24,736 nucleotides of DNA from a virus (Duplodnaviria; Caudoviricetes): IMG/VR virus record IMGVR_UViG_3300036770_000472, positions 1-24,736 of that record, one strand, 5' to 3'. Made by a program: the position numbers and the translations under genes. Below are positions 18,738 through 24,736 of this stretch, piece by piece. Within the stretch, counting starts at the first letter, position 1, and the number at the start of each line of letters is the position of its first letter. The notes below the pieces were generated by a model. That model saw nothing but the letters and a program-made list of their open reading frames with translations. It searched no databases and was not told where the DNA came from.

Positions 18738-18989
18738 TCACCATTTCACCTTGTTGGCCCAATAAGCAGCGCTCATTTTACCTTTAGCGATGTTCGCCGC
18801 ATGGCGTGCTTTGAAAGCCTCGTTTCGTTTGGATCCTTCAGGACTTCCGCTGACGCCTTGCTGGCCAAAGCGAATCAGCTTGACTTCGTCACCCGATTTC
18901 GCCAAGACAGCGTGAGATTTCGTTGGGTGGCTTGGCGTTTTCTTTGGCTTGTTGTAACCGGAAAACGTCTCTGATCCGCGCTTAATCAC
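18738..18989 (-). CDS. Basic hypothetical phage protein
   Basis: Likely GTG at 18989 after GGAG. Lys-rich, KLIRFGQQG...FKARH...SAAYWANKVKW. Confidence 0.8.
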   Translation of the reverse strand: MIKRGSETFSGYNKPKKTPSHPTKSHAVLAKSGDEVKLIRFGQQGVSGSPEGSKRNEAFKARHAANIAKGKMSAAYWANKVKW

Positions 18990-18994
18990 GCCAT

Positions 18995-19498
18995 TCACTC
19001 CTGGCCTGGGAAGTTTGACCTGTAAAAACGCATAACTTGCATTGTGCGTCGATTATCTTGATCTCTGGTGATGGGGCCGCCAACAAGCCATGCGTCACAT
19101 GTCCTTGATGCTGCGCATTTGAAGTGGAACAATTCGCAATACCCAAGATTTGCAGCGTCTTGGACCATAGCTTCAAGATCAACGCTTTCATCGTCATCAT
19201 TTTCTTCGCCTTCCGCGGCGGCGTTTTCAACATCGCCTTCGTAATCGTCACCTTCTTCGCTGTGCATACCTTCGGTGATGCACTCGATCATGCCTGGCGT
19301 TTGAATGAATGCTGCGCAATTACCGCAGCGCATACTCATGGCTTGCTCTAAGTCAGTGTTCCAAGTCTTTGATTTTGCACGCCAAAAGTCATCGTTTGGT
19401 AATTCAGGATTAGCTGGACCGTAGCCAACATTAGCAAAAGCCCAATTGCGATTCTTAAGATTCGCAAGCGGATCTTTTGTTTCAATCGGACATTCCAT
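18995..19498 (-). CDS. Cys-rich protein with HiPIP-like (4Fe-4S) motif
   Basis: ATG at 19498 overlaps the upstream TGA. RCGNCAAF ... GYCELFHFKCAASRTCDAW. The ORF is secure; the product is inferred. Confidence 0.6.
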   Translation of the reverse strand: MECPIETKDPLANLKNRNWAFANVGYGPANPELPNDDFWRAKSKTWNTDLEQAMSMRCGNCAAFIQTPGMIECITEGMHSEEGDDYEGDVENAAAEGEENDDDESVDLEAMVQDAANLGYCELFHFKCAASRTCDAWLVGGPITRDQDNRRTMQVMRFYRSNFPGQE

Positions 19499-19656
19499 CA
19501 CATGGGCTTTCGTGTGATGCCGGCTTCAGATAACGCAATGGCCACGGCTTGCTTGGGATTCTTGACCTTCGGGCCTTCCTTGCTACCCGAATGCAATTTC
19601 CCTGCTTTGTATTCCTTCATGACTTTGCTGATCTTTTTCTCGGCTTTGGTTTTCAT
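19498..19656 (-). CDS. 52-aa basic DUF6496-like protein (not in ORF track)
   Basis: MKTKAEKKISKVMKEYKAGKLHSGSKEGPKVKNPKQAVAIALSEAGITRKPM; coupled by overlaps on both sides. Confidence 0.85.
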   Translation of the reverse strand: MKTKAEKKISKVMKEYKAGKLHSGSKEGPKVKNPKQAVAIALSEAGITRKPM

Positions 19657-19982
19657 GGAATGATGTCCGTGATGGTGACGTGAAACGAATGATTATGGCC
19701 AGAAATGATTGCCACTTTATCGCCAGGCTGAACAGCAACGTATTCGTTGGTGTAAGCAGGAATAATCGGGTGATCGGTGGTTGCCGTGGGATTGGCGCCG
19801 GTATTGAAGTGCAAATGCTTGCCATCATCCGAACCATTGGAGATTCGCATGAGCGTCACGCCGGTGCCGGCTGCGTGCGATTGCTGGCTTACGTCTGACG
19901 TGGTGAGCATCGTGGTTGTGCCAAATTTGCCCACCATCGCCGGAAGCAACTGACCTTGTGAGTCACGAACGATTTTGCTCAT
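19653..19982 (-). CDS. Small beta-rich protein, possible capsid decoration/spike base
   Basis: 109 aa, G.NPTATT...IPA...EY..V.PGDKVA.I; ATGA overlaps at both ends. Confidence 0.6.
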   Translation of the reverse strand: MSKIVRDSQGQLLPAMVGKFGTTTMLTTSDVSQQSHAAGTGVTLMRISNGSDDGKHLHFNTGANPTATTDHPIIPAYTNEYVAVQPGDKVAIISGHNHSFHVTITDIIP

Positions 19983-20140
19983 TTGGATCTCGCAGCGCGC
20001 ATGTTGTCAACAAGATTCGGATAAGGCCGACCTGCTGACTTCGCCATGGCTTTGGCGGATGCTTTCTCTTTCTTGGATAGCCTGTCGGGCTTTCCAAGGC
20101 TTTTTGGACGTGGCTTGTCCCAAACGGGTTTGGCTTTCAT
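19979..20140 (-). CDS. 53-aa Lys/Arg-rich protein (not in ORF track)
   Basis: MKAKPVWDKPRPKSLGKPDRLSKKEKASAKAMAKSAGRPYPNLVDNMRAARSK; its stop overlaps the next ATG. Confidence 0.85.
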   Translation of the reverse strand: MKAKPVWDKPRPKSLGKPDRLSKKEKASAKAMAKSAGRPYPNLVDNMRAARSK

Positions 20141-20146
20141 GCACAA

Positions 20147-20175
20147 ACCCTATACGAAGACTTGAAAAAAATCAA
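20147..20175 (-). promoter_or_regulatory. Candidate sigma70-type promoter for the head operon
   Basis: TTGATT (20175-20170), 17-nt spacer, TAGGGT (20152-20147), then 6 nt to ATG 20140. Located in one of very few intergenic gaps. Confidence 0.45.
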
Positions 20176-20183
20176 GATGCGTG

Positions 20184-20354
20184 TTAATCGCCCCTGATCT
20201 TCTTGATCAACTCAATGCACTCATCAAGCAATTTGTCGGACTCTTCGAGCAACTCTTTGGCTATTTCGTTGCACACTTCCATTCTGACTTCAATCGGAAT
20301 GTTCTCGACTAAGTTATTGACTGTGGCTTTTACCGCCAATTGATTGAGATTCAT
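20184..20354 (-). CDS. Hypothetical protein, 56 aa
   Basis: Start MNLNQLAVK at 20354 by ATGA overlap; helical and acidic. Confidence 0.7.
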   Translation of the reverse strand: MNLNQLAVKATVNNLVENIPIEVRMEVCNEIAKELLEESDKLLDECIELIKKIRGD

Positions 20355-20596
20355 GGCTTTCCCTTTTCCTGTAACGCCAAACAGCACTGTTGGATGACAT
20401 CGCAAGCATCAAAGTCTTGCTCAGCGGCATACTTTCTGTACAACGCTTCAAGCCTTTCCTCGCAACGTTGTGTGACTTCATTTTCAACGTGATTCGCCAA
20501 AGCAATCAGCTTGTCAGCCCACATAATCTTATTCGTCATTAAGTTATGTGGCATCTTCAATTGCCTGGCGAATTCCAGCACTTCTTCATCCGTCAT
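20351..20596 (-). CDS. Hypothetical protein, 81 aa
   Basis: SD GAGGGG before ATG; overlaps both neighbours. Confidence 0.75.
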   Translation of the reverse strand: MTDEEVLEFARQLKMPHNLMTNKIMWADKLIALANHVENEVTQRCEERLEALYRKYAAEQDFDACDVIQQCCLALQEKGKP

Positions 20597-20789
20597 GATT
20601 TCCCCTCGTTAACTGTTGTTTGATGGCATCGCTCATCTTCGGCAATGGCGACCAAGCAATCGCCCAATCGCTCCATGTACCTATGACGCACACACCGCCA
20701 GGATTCAATAACAACATTTTCACGCCTAGCGGTGGCGGCTCATCGCTTACGGTGCGCCAAGTGGCTTGCCCTGCAACGTAATCTCTCAC
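20586..20789 (-). CDS. DUF551-like small phage protein
   Basis: WRTVSDEPPP....LLL...G.....W.....AWSPLP pattern. Confidence 0.65.
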   Translation of the reverse strand: MRDYVAGQATWRTVSDEPPPLGVKMLLLNPGGVCVIGTWSDWAIAWSPLPKMSDAIKQQLTRGNHDG

Positions 20790-21115
20790 GCCGCTGGACC
20801 GCCAAGATTGAACGGATTATTCCAAGCCAACTTCCTGTTTCTCGTTTGTGGCTTGTGATCAATGGCGTTGTAACCGTAAGACCATGCCGGCTTTTTCGCC
20901 AAGGATGACTGAACCCTGATTAAGGTTCGCGTCACTTTACCCTCGTCAAGCAAAACATCAAAAACGTTTTGCACAAGCCGCGGGTTGATCTTTAACTTAT
21001 CGGCCATTTCTTTAACCGTGACGGGCGTTGATCTTTTTTGTATGTAACTCAAGCACGCATCACCGCGATCAGTTTTGGCTTTCGATCTGATCCTGTAAGC
21101 AGACATCGACATCAC
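20786..21115 (-). CDS. Winged-helix DNA-binding protein
   Basis: PVTVKEMADKLKINPRLVQNVFDVLLDEGKV HTH plus wing; ends WNNPFNL. Confidence 0.75.
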   Translation of the reverse strand: MMSMSAYRIRSKAKTDRGDACLSYIQKRSTPVTVKEMADKLKINPRLVQNVFDVLLDEGKVTRTLIRVQSSLAKKPAWSYGYNAIDHKPQTRNRKLAWNNPFNLGGPAA

Positions 21116-21606
21116 GCCACCCTCAGGTTGAATGGATTATTAAAGTTAATCACTTGCTTTTGATTAGCCAGTTTATAGCGGCGCTTTTTGCCGCCAAAAC
21201 GATGCGTGGTATCAACAGCAACAACAACACCGTCGGTCATCATTTGAAGCATGTAGCGATACGTTGTTGTCATGGATAGCTTGCAAGCCTTGGCAATTTC
21301 TTCGCACGTCAACAAACCATCTTCTTGCTTGCCAAGTAACGTTTCAATCATTTCCAGCGGCGGTCTTTCTTTAAGCAGAGAATCGCTTACGCCAGGCAAA
21401 GCAAAGTAAGACCTCCAGCGATTGTTCTTGTAAACATGCTTTCGCTTAATCAATTTGCGCTCTAGCAAATGCCTCAACAAACGATGAACGCCATAAGTCT
21501 GAACATTGAATTGATCAGCAATATCGTTTGCTGATACCCAACCATTGGCCTCGATCGTTTCGTAGTAAGCCTTTTCCGATGTCGAAATAAATTTACCGTC
21601 AATCAC
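21112..21606 (-). CDS. Tandem winged-helix DNA-binding protein
   Basis: Two HTH units (SANDIADQFNVQTYGVHRLLRHL; TCEEIAKACKLSMTTTYRYMLQM). SD AGGAG, GTG start; ends FNNPFNL. Confidence 0.78.
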   Translation of the reverse strand: MIDGKFISTSEKAYYETIEANGWVSANDIADQFNVQTYGVHRLLRHLLERKLIKRKHVYKNNRWRSYFALPGVSDSLLKERPPLEMIETLLGKQEDGLLTCEEIAKACKLSMTTTYRYMLQMMTDGVVVAVDTTHRFGGKKRRYKLANQKQVINFNNPFNLRVA

Positions 21607-21618
21607 TTTTCTCTCCTG

Positions 21619-23043
21619 TTAAACAACTGCCTTCAAATTTCTTTTCAATGGTTTGTTCCATTTCGATGTGTAGGACTTGCCGTAAAGCGCAATGCCTGCG
21701 TCGCTAGCAAAGGTCAACGCCAACGCATCGGCCATATCAGGCGAACCAATCCCGCGCTTGCGCATCTCGTCTTTGCTCTCTAGCTTCATCTTGCCGCTCG
21801 AGTTGAACGTGTAACGCGGTGCGACAAGTTCCGCCAATAACGAATCGTCCTTGGGTAACTTGCAATCGCGCTTTTCAAGCCATGCTTTCATCTTGCCCCA
21901 TAGCTCGGCGCGCAAGTTAACGTAAATCGTACCCATGGCAGGGGACTCTGCAACGTTGATGCCGCGCGCTGGCAAACCCAATTCCCTGAGTCGATCAACA
22001 ACACCGGCACCCAACCCAATCGAATCGACCAGGATTTCAATGGGCCTATCTTCCAATTTCACGGCTTCGTATTCAGCAACCACGGCACCCGTTGTCTGCA
22101 TCAAATCCAAATTCTTCCACTTGCGAATCTCGTTGACAGCGTTTCCTTTCCTTTTCGCCAATGCCGTGGCGTCAGTACCAAATCGCGCCACATCCAATCC
22201 CCACACGATAGGCGCATCTTCCGATGTTGATACATCACGATGGAAAGCGCTATCCACCAAATCAAACCCAATCAACGTATCGTCATCCGTTTTTGGAAAC
22301 TCACCCAAAACGCGAATCCGAAATGCGTTGGATTCCTCGCCATAGCGCGACGCCATATCAGCGATGTAGTCCTTCGACACGCGCCTTGAGTCATAGCAAG
22401 ACACGCGACGCGTCCACCATTCATCCTTCAAACGATTGTGCGTGTCAAAGAAAAACCCACTCGATTTCGTTGGGTTGCCAAGCAGAATCGTCACGGCGCT
22501 GTGACCCGACATGGAACCCGCGGCGGCTTCAAACACGGCTTCAGGAACACCCGACGCTTCATCCGCCACAAGCATCACATGATCGCTATGCACACCTTGC
22601 AAGGCTTCAGGTTGCTCGGCACGCGACGTCCTGGCCGATATAAACGCTTCCGTGGGTGATGCCTTAAGTTCAATGCGATCCGTTTTGGCTTCTAACAACT
22701 CACGCCACGCATCAGGCAATTCCTTGTGCCAACGCTTCAACTCGGCAAACAGTGCGTCATACAACTGCGCTGACGTTGGCGCTGTCACCACCACTTTCGA
22801 TGGGTAGCGCGTCAACACAAACCAAAGCATCGCCCACGATGCCGCTGTTGACTTACCAACGCCATGACCTGATCGCACGCTGATCTTCCTCTCACCGCTC
22901 GATATGGCATCAAGAAATTCTCCTTGCCACACATCAGGCTCAACACCAATCACTTCGCGCACAAAAAGCCTAGCGTTGGGTCTGTATTTCGCCAACGCAT
23001 CCCGAAATAACTTCACTAAATCATTACCGGCATCCACGATCAA
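21619..23043 (-). CDS. terL: Terminase large subunit
   Basis: Walker A RSGHGVGKST, Walker B LVADEASG, coupling motif GNPT, nuclease GLDVARFGTD and SPDMADALALTF. The start may be GTG at 23037. Confidence 0.95.
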   Translation of the reverse strand: MIVDAGNDLVKLFRDALAKYRPNARLFVREVIGVEPDVWQGEFLDAISSGERKISVRSGHGVGKSTAASWAMLWFVLTRYPSKVVVTAPTSAQLYDALFAELKRWHKELPDAWRELLEAKTDRIELKASPTEAFISARTSRAEQPEALQGVHSDHVMLVADEASGVPEAVFEAAAGSMSGHSAVTILLGNPTKSSGFFFDTHNRLKDEWWTRRVSCYDSRRVSKDYIADMASRYGEESNAFRIRVLGEFPKTDDDTLIGFDLVDSAFHRDVSTSEDAPIVWGLDVARFGTDATALAKRKGNAVNEIRKWKNLDLMQTTGAVVAEYEAVKLEDRPIEILVDSIGLGAGVVDRLRELGLPARGINVAESPAMGTIYVNLRAELWGKMKAWLEKRDCKLPKDDSLLAELVAPRYTFNSSGKMKLESKDEMRKRGIGSPDMADALALTFASDAGIALYGKSYTSKWNKPLKRNLKAVV

Positions 23044-23689
23044 TCACCTTTTTGATAGCCGTATGCGAAACCTTCACGTTATGACGCCTTCCCACTTCCC
23101 ACGCAATGATGCGCAGCGAGTACCTACCCGATAAAGCCTTGATCGTTTTCAATGCTTCTTGCTGATCATCAATCGGCACCAGGCGCGCATCTTTGCCGCT
23201 ACCCTCTACGCCATAACCAAACGGCGGTTTGCCGCCAATATGACCGCCGGATGCCTTCTTCGCTGACTGCCCTGTGCGCTGTCGATCTTTGATCACTCGG
23301 CGCTCGTGGGTGGCAAATGCCGCCATGATCTCAAGCATCAACTGGCCATAAATATTCTTTTCATCCGTGACATCGCCATGGCCATTGATGATTAAACGAA
23401 TACCGTCACGCTTAAACGCGTGAACAACGTTCAACGTATCCATCGAGTTGCGGCTAAACCTGTCTAGCTTTGACACGATCACCGTGTCACCACGCTCAAG
23501 CGTCACACCGTTTGCCGCCAAACGATCCATGAACCCAAGATGCCCTGATACGCCAGCATCTTCAATGAACCTATCAATGGCAACGTTGTGCGTCAGCGCA
23601 TTACCCTCTACCTCTCTGCGCTGCGTGTTCAAGCTCGTCCCGTTGACCTGCTCATCCGTTGACACGCGCAAATAAGCGTAAACGCTCAT
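23024..23689 (-). CDS. Serine recombinase (resolvase-family catalytic domain + short DNA-binding domain)
   Basis: YAYLRVSTDEQ (catalytic Ser), EDAGVSG, GDTVIVSKLDRFSR, FATHER..I..R, then GGKPPFGY. ATG 23689 by ATGA overlap. Confidence 0.93.
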   Translation of the reverse strand: MSVYAYLRVSTDEQVNGTSLNTQRREVEGNALTHNVAIDRFIEDAGVSGHLGFMDRLAANGVTLERGDTVIVSKLDRFSRNSMDTLNVVHAFKRDGIRLIINGHGDVTDEKNIYGQLMLEIMAAFATHERRVIKDRQRTGQSAKKASGGHIGGKPPFGYGVEGSGKDARLVPIDDQQEALKTIKALSGRYSLRIIAWEVGRRHNVKVSHTAIKKVIDRGCR

Positions 23690-23769
23690 AACGCCAACCA
23701 AATCATGATGGCGTACAACGCACCAAACATAGCGCCGCCAATGACCAAAGTAATGTTTGAAGATTTCAT
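23686..23769 (-). CDS. 27-aa single-TM peptide
   Basis: MKSSNITLVIGGAMFGALYAIMIWLAL with SD GAGGG; stop overlaps the recombinase ATG. Confidence 0.65.
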   Translation of the reverse strand: MKSSNITLVIGGAMFGALYAIMIWLAL

Positions 23770-23795
23770 GCGTTCCCTCTTGTTGTGTTTGAAAT

Positions 23796-23809
23796 GGGGC
23801 TTGCGCCCC
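23796..23809 (-). other. GNRA-loop hairpin GGGGC-GCAA-GCCCC
   Basis: Perfect 5-bp GC stem between the 90-aa ORF stop and the next RBS, followed only by ATTT. Confidence 0.6.
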
Positions 23810-23818
23810 TGTTGTGAT

Positions 23819-24091
23819 TTATATCTCTTTGATAGCAAGCCACCACATTGCGTGGTCAATTGCCTCCTTCCAGTTGGGCGTGTAACGAAATGACTTTTTT
23901 TTCCTTTCATGCGCTTTAAGCTCATCAATGTAACCAAAAGCGAAAGTAAAGTCGTTGTCTCTTGTGATTTTTACCCAATAGTTTTTGGTGCGGATGTAAC
24001 GAACATTGCGCTGAATTTTGCACTTTGAAACGGTAAACGTTTCCTTGACTTCATTGATCCTCTGATCAAATGTTTTTGTCGCTGTTTCCAT
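23819..24091 (-). CDS. Hypothetical protein, 90 aa (basic, AT-rich)
   Basis: SD GAGGGG before ATG; lower GC than the core genes. Confidence 0.75.
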   Translation of the reverse strand: METATKTFDQRINEVKETFTVSKCKIQRNVRYIRTKNYWVKITRDNDFTFAFGYIDELKAHERKKKSFRYTPNWKEAIDHAMWWLAIKEI

Positions 24092-24413
24092 GTAACGCCC
24101 CTCTTGTTGTGTTGATGAATGAATTACACCACGTTTACAGTCTGACGTGTGGCGCTATTGGAAATTTTTTTTTTCGCTAGCCGACGAACGGTAGGCGTGG
24201 GGGCGTGGGGGGTGGGCGTTGGCGCTGAACGCGTAAGCGCGGAACGCGTAATCGAATGGCGTGTAAGCGGAAAGCGAGTTGCGGGAATGACACACTGCCC
24301 AATTGCGCAAAGCGCAGATGGGCGCGTGTTTGGTCCCGCGCCAACGCCGCCCCGCCGAAAGCGAGAAAGGGGGGGGGCCGAGCGCGCGCCGCGGCGGCGC
24401 GACCCGCTGCTCG

Positions 24414-24736
24414 TCAGCCGTTGTGCGGTGCAGCATCCACCGTGTTGTTCTCGTCGTTTACGGCGTGAACATGATCGACAACACGCGACGCCATCAGGTG
24501 CGCCTGGTTCATGTTGACCTGTACTGCTATCTGTTGCTTTTGCTCGCCATAGGCTTGCTGGTTCCACTTCCCTGCTAACCATTGGCGGTACTTTGATTGA
24601 ATGTTCGCTAGGTTCGCGGTTTGCGGTGTCGCTGTATCGACAATCTCCAAACCTTGCTCCGCCAGGCGATGGGCGGCCAACTCGCGTGCGTGCGCGAGGC
24701 CGCGCCTCCTCTCGGGCGTTTTCTCCGCCCACGCGT
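24414..24736 (-). CDS. terS: Terminase small subunit (5' end beyond right edge)
   Basis: Frame is open to the edge: AWAEKTPERRRGLAHARELAAHRLAEQGLEIVD...YRQWLAGKWNQQAYGEQ, matching the Sf6-gp1-like TerS pattern (W..PE...ARE..A..LAE...I.D...R.W.A.K....YG). Confidence 0.8.
   Translation of the reverse strand, partial: AWAEKTPERRRGLAHARELAAHRLAEQGLEIVDTATPQTANLANIQSKYRQWLAGKWNQQAYGEQKQQIAVQVNMNQAHLMASRVVDHVHAVNDENNTVDAAPHNG

Larger units (their letters stand above)
23775..24113. repeat. 15-bp direct repeat CCCTCTTGTTGTGTT at 23775-23789 and 24099-24113
   Basis: Exact match seen. On the minus strand it reads AACACAACAAGAGGG and contains the SD of each following gene. Confidence 0.85.

Noticed and set aside
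23024-23689. IS607 or Tn3-type mobile element
   Set aside because: There is no N-terminal MerR-like HTH, no TnpB or Tn3 transposase, and no terminal inverted repeats.
36-23893. Numerous plus-strand ORFs of 60-216 aa in the track
   Set aside because: They are antisense shadows of well-supported, tightly coupled minus-strand genes, with no recognisable motifs.
23686-23937. 83-aa ORF as called in the track
   Set aside because: The upstream part overlaps the 90-aa gene and the hairpin; only the last 27 codons follow a good SD.
24124-24732. 202-aa minus and 122-aa plus Arg/Pro/Gly-rich ORFs
   Set aside because: These arise from GC-rich low-complexity sequence; the TerS frame explains the coding part.
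1-24736. tRNA, rRNA, CRISPR array or stop-codon recoding
   Set aside because: There is no intergenic room or recognisable pattern for RNA genes or arrays, and core genes are full length under the standard code.

Overview
This window is a 24.7 kb piece of a tailed dsDNA phage (or prophage) with podovirus-like architecture, and essentially all real genes are on the minus strand. In transcription order (right to left) it contains: the 3' part of the terminase small subunit; a structured GC-rich intergenic region; two small ORFs and a serine recombinase; the terminase large subunit; about ten small genes (two winged-helix proteins, a DUF551-like protein, three Lys-rich mini-proteins, a Cys-rich HiPIP-like protein); portal, scaffold and major capsid protein with a terminator; a GT-A glycosyltransferase; adaptor and fibre/appendage genes; a TIGR02466-type 2OG-Fe(II) oxygenase; a lysis cassette; the tail nozzle; a DUF4214-repeat protein; a GNAT-like protein; and three ejection proteins, the first ending in an S74 autocleavage domain and the last running off the left edge. 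Several real ORFs are missing from the supplied track and were translated by hand. All family assignments come from motif recognition by eye; no searches were run. The most unusual items are the HiPIP-like protein, the recombinase cassette between terS and terL, the S74 domain on an ejection protein, the DUF4214-repeat protein, and a possible virion-modification enzyme set.
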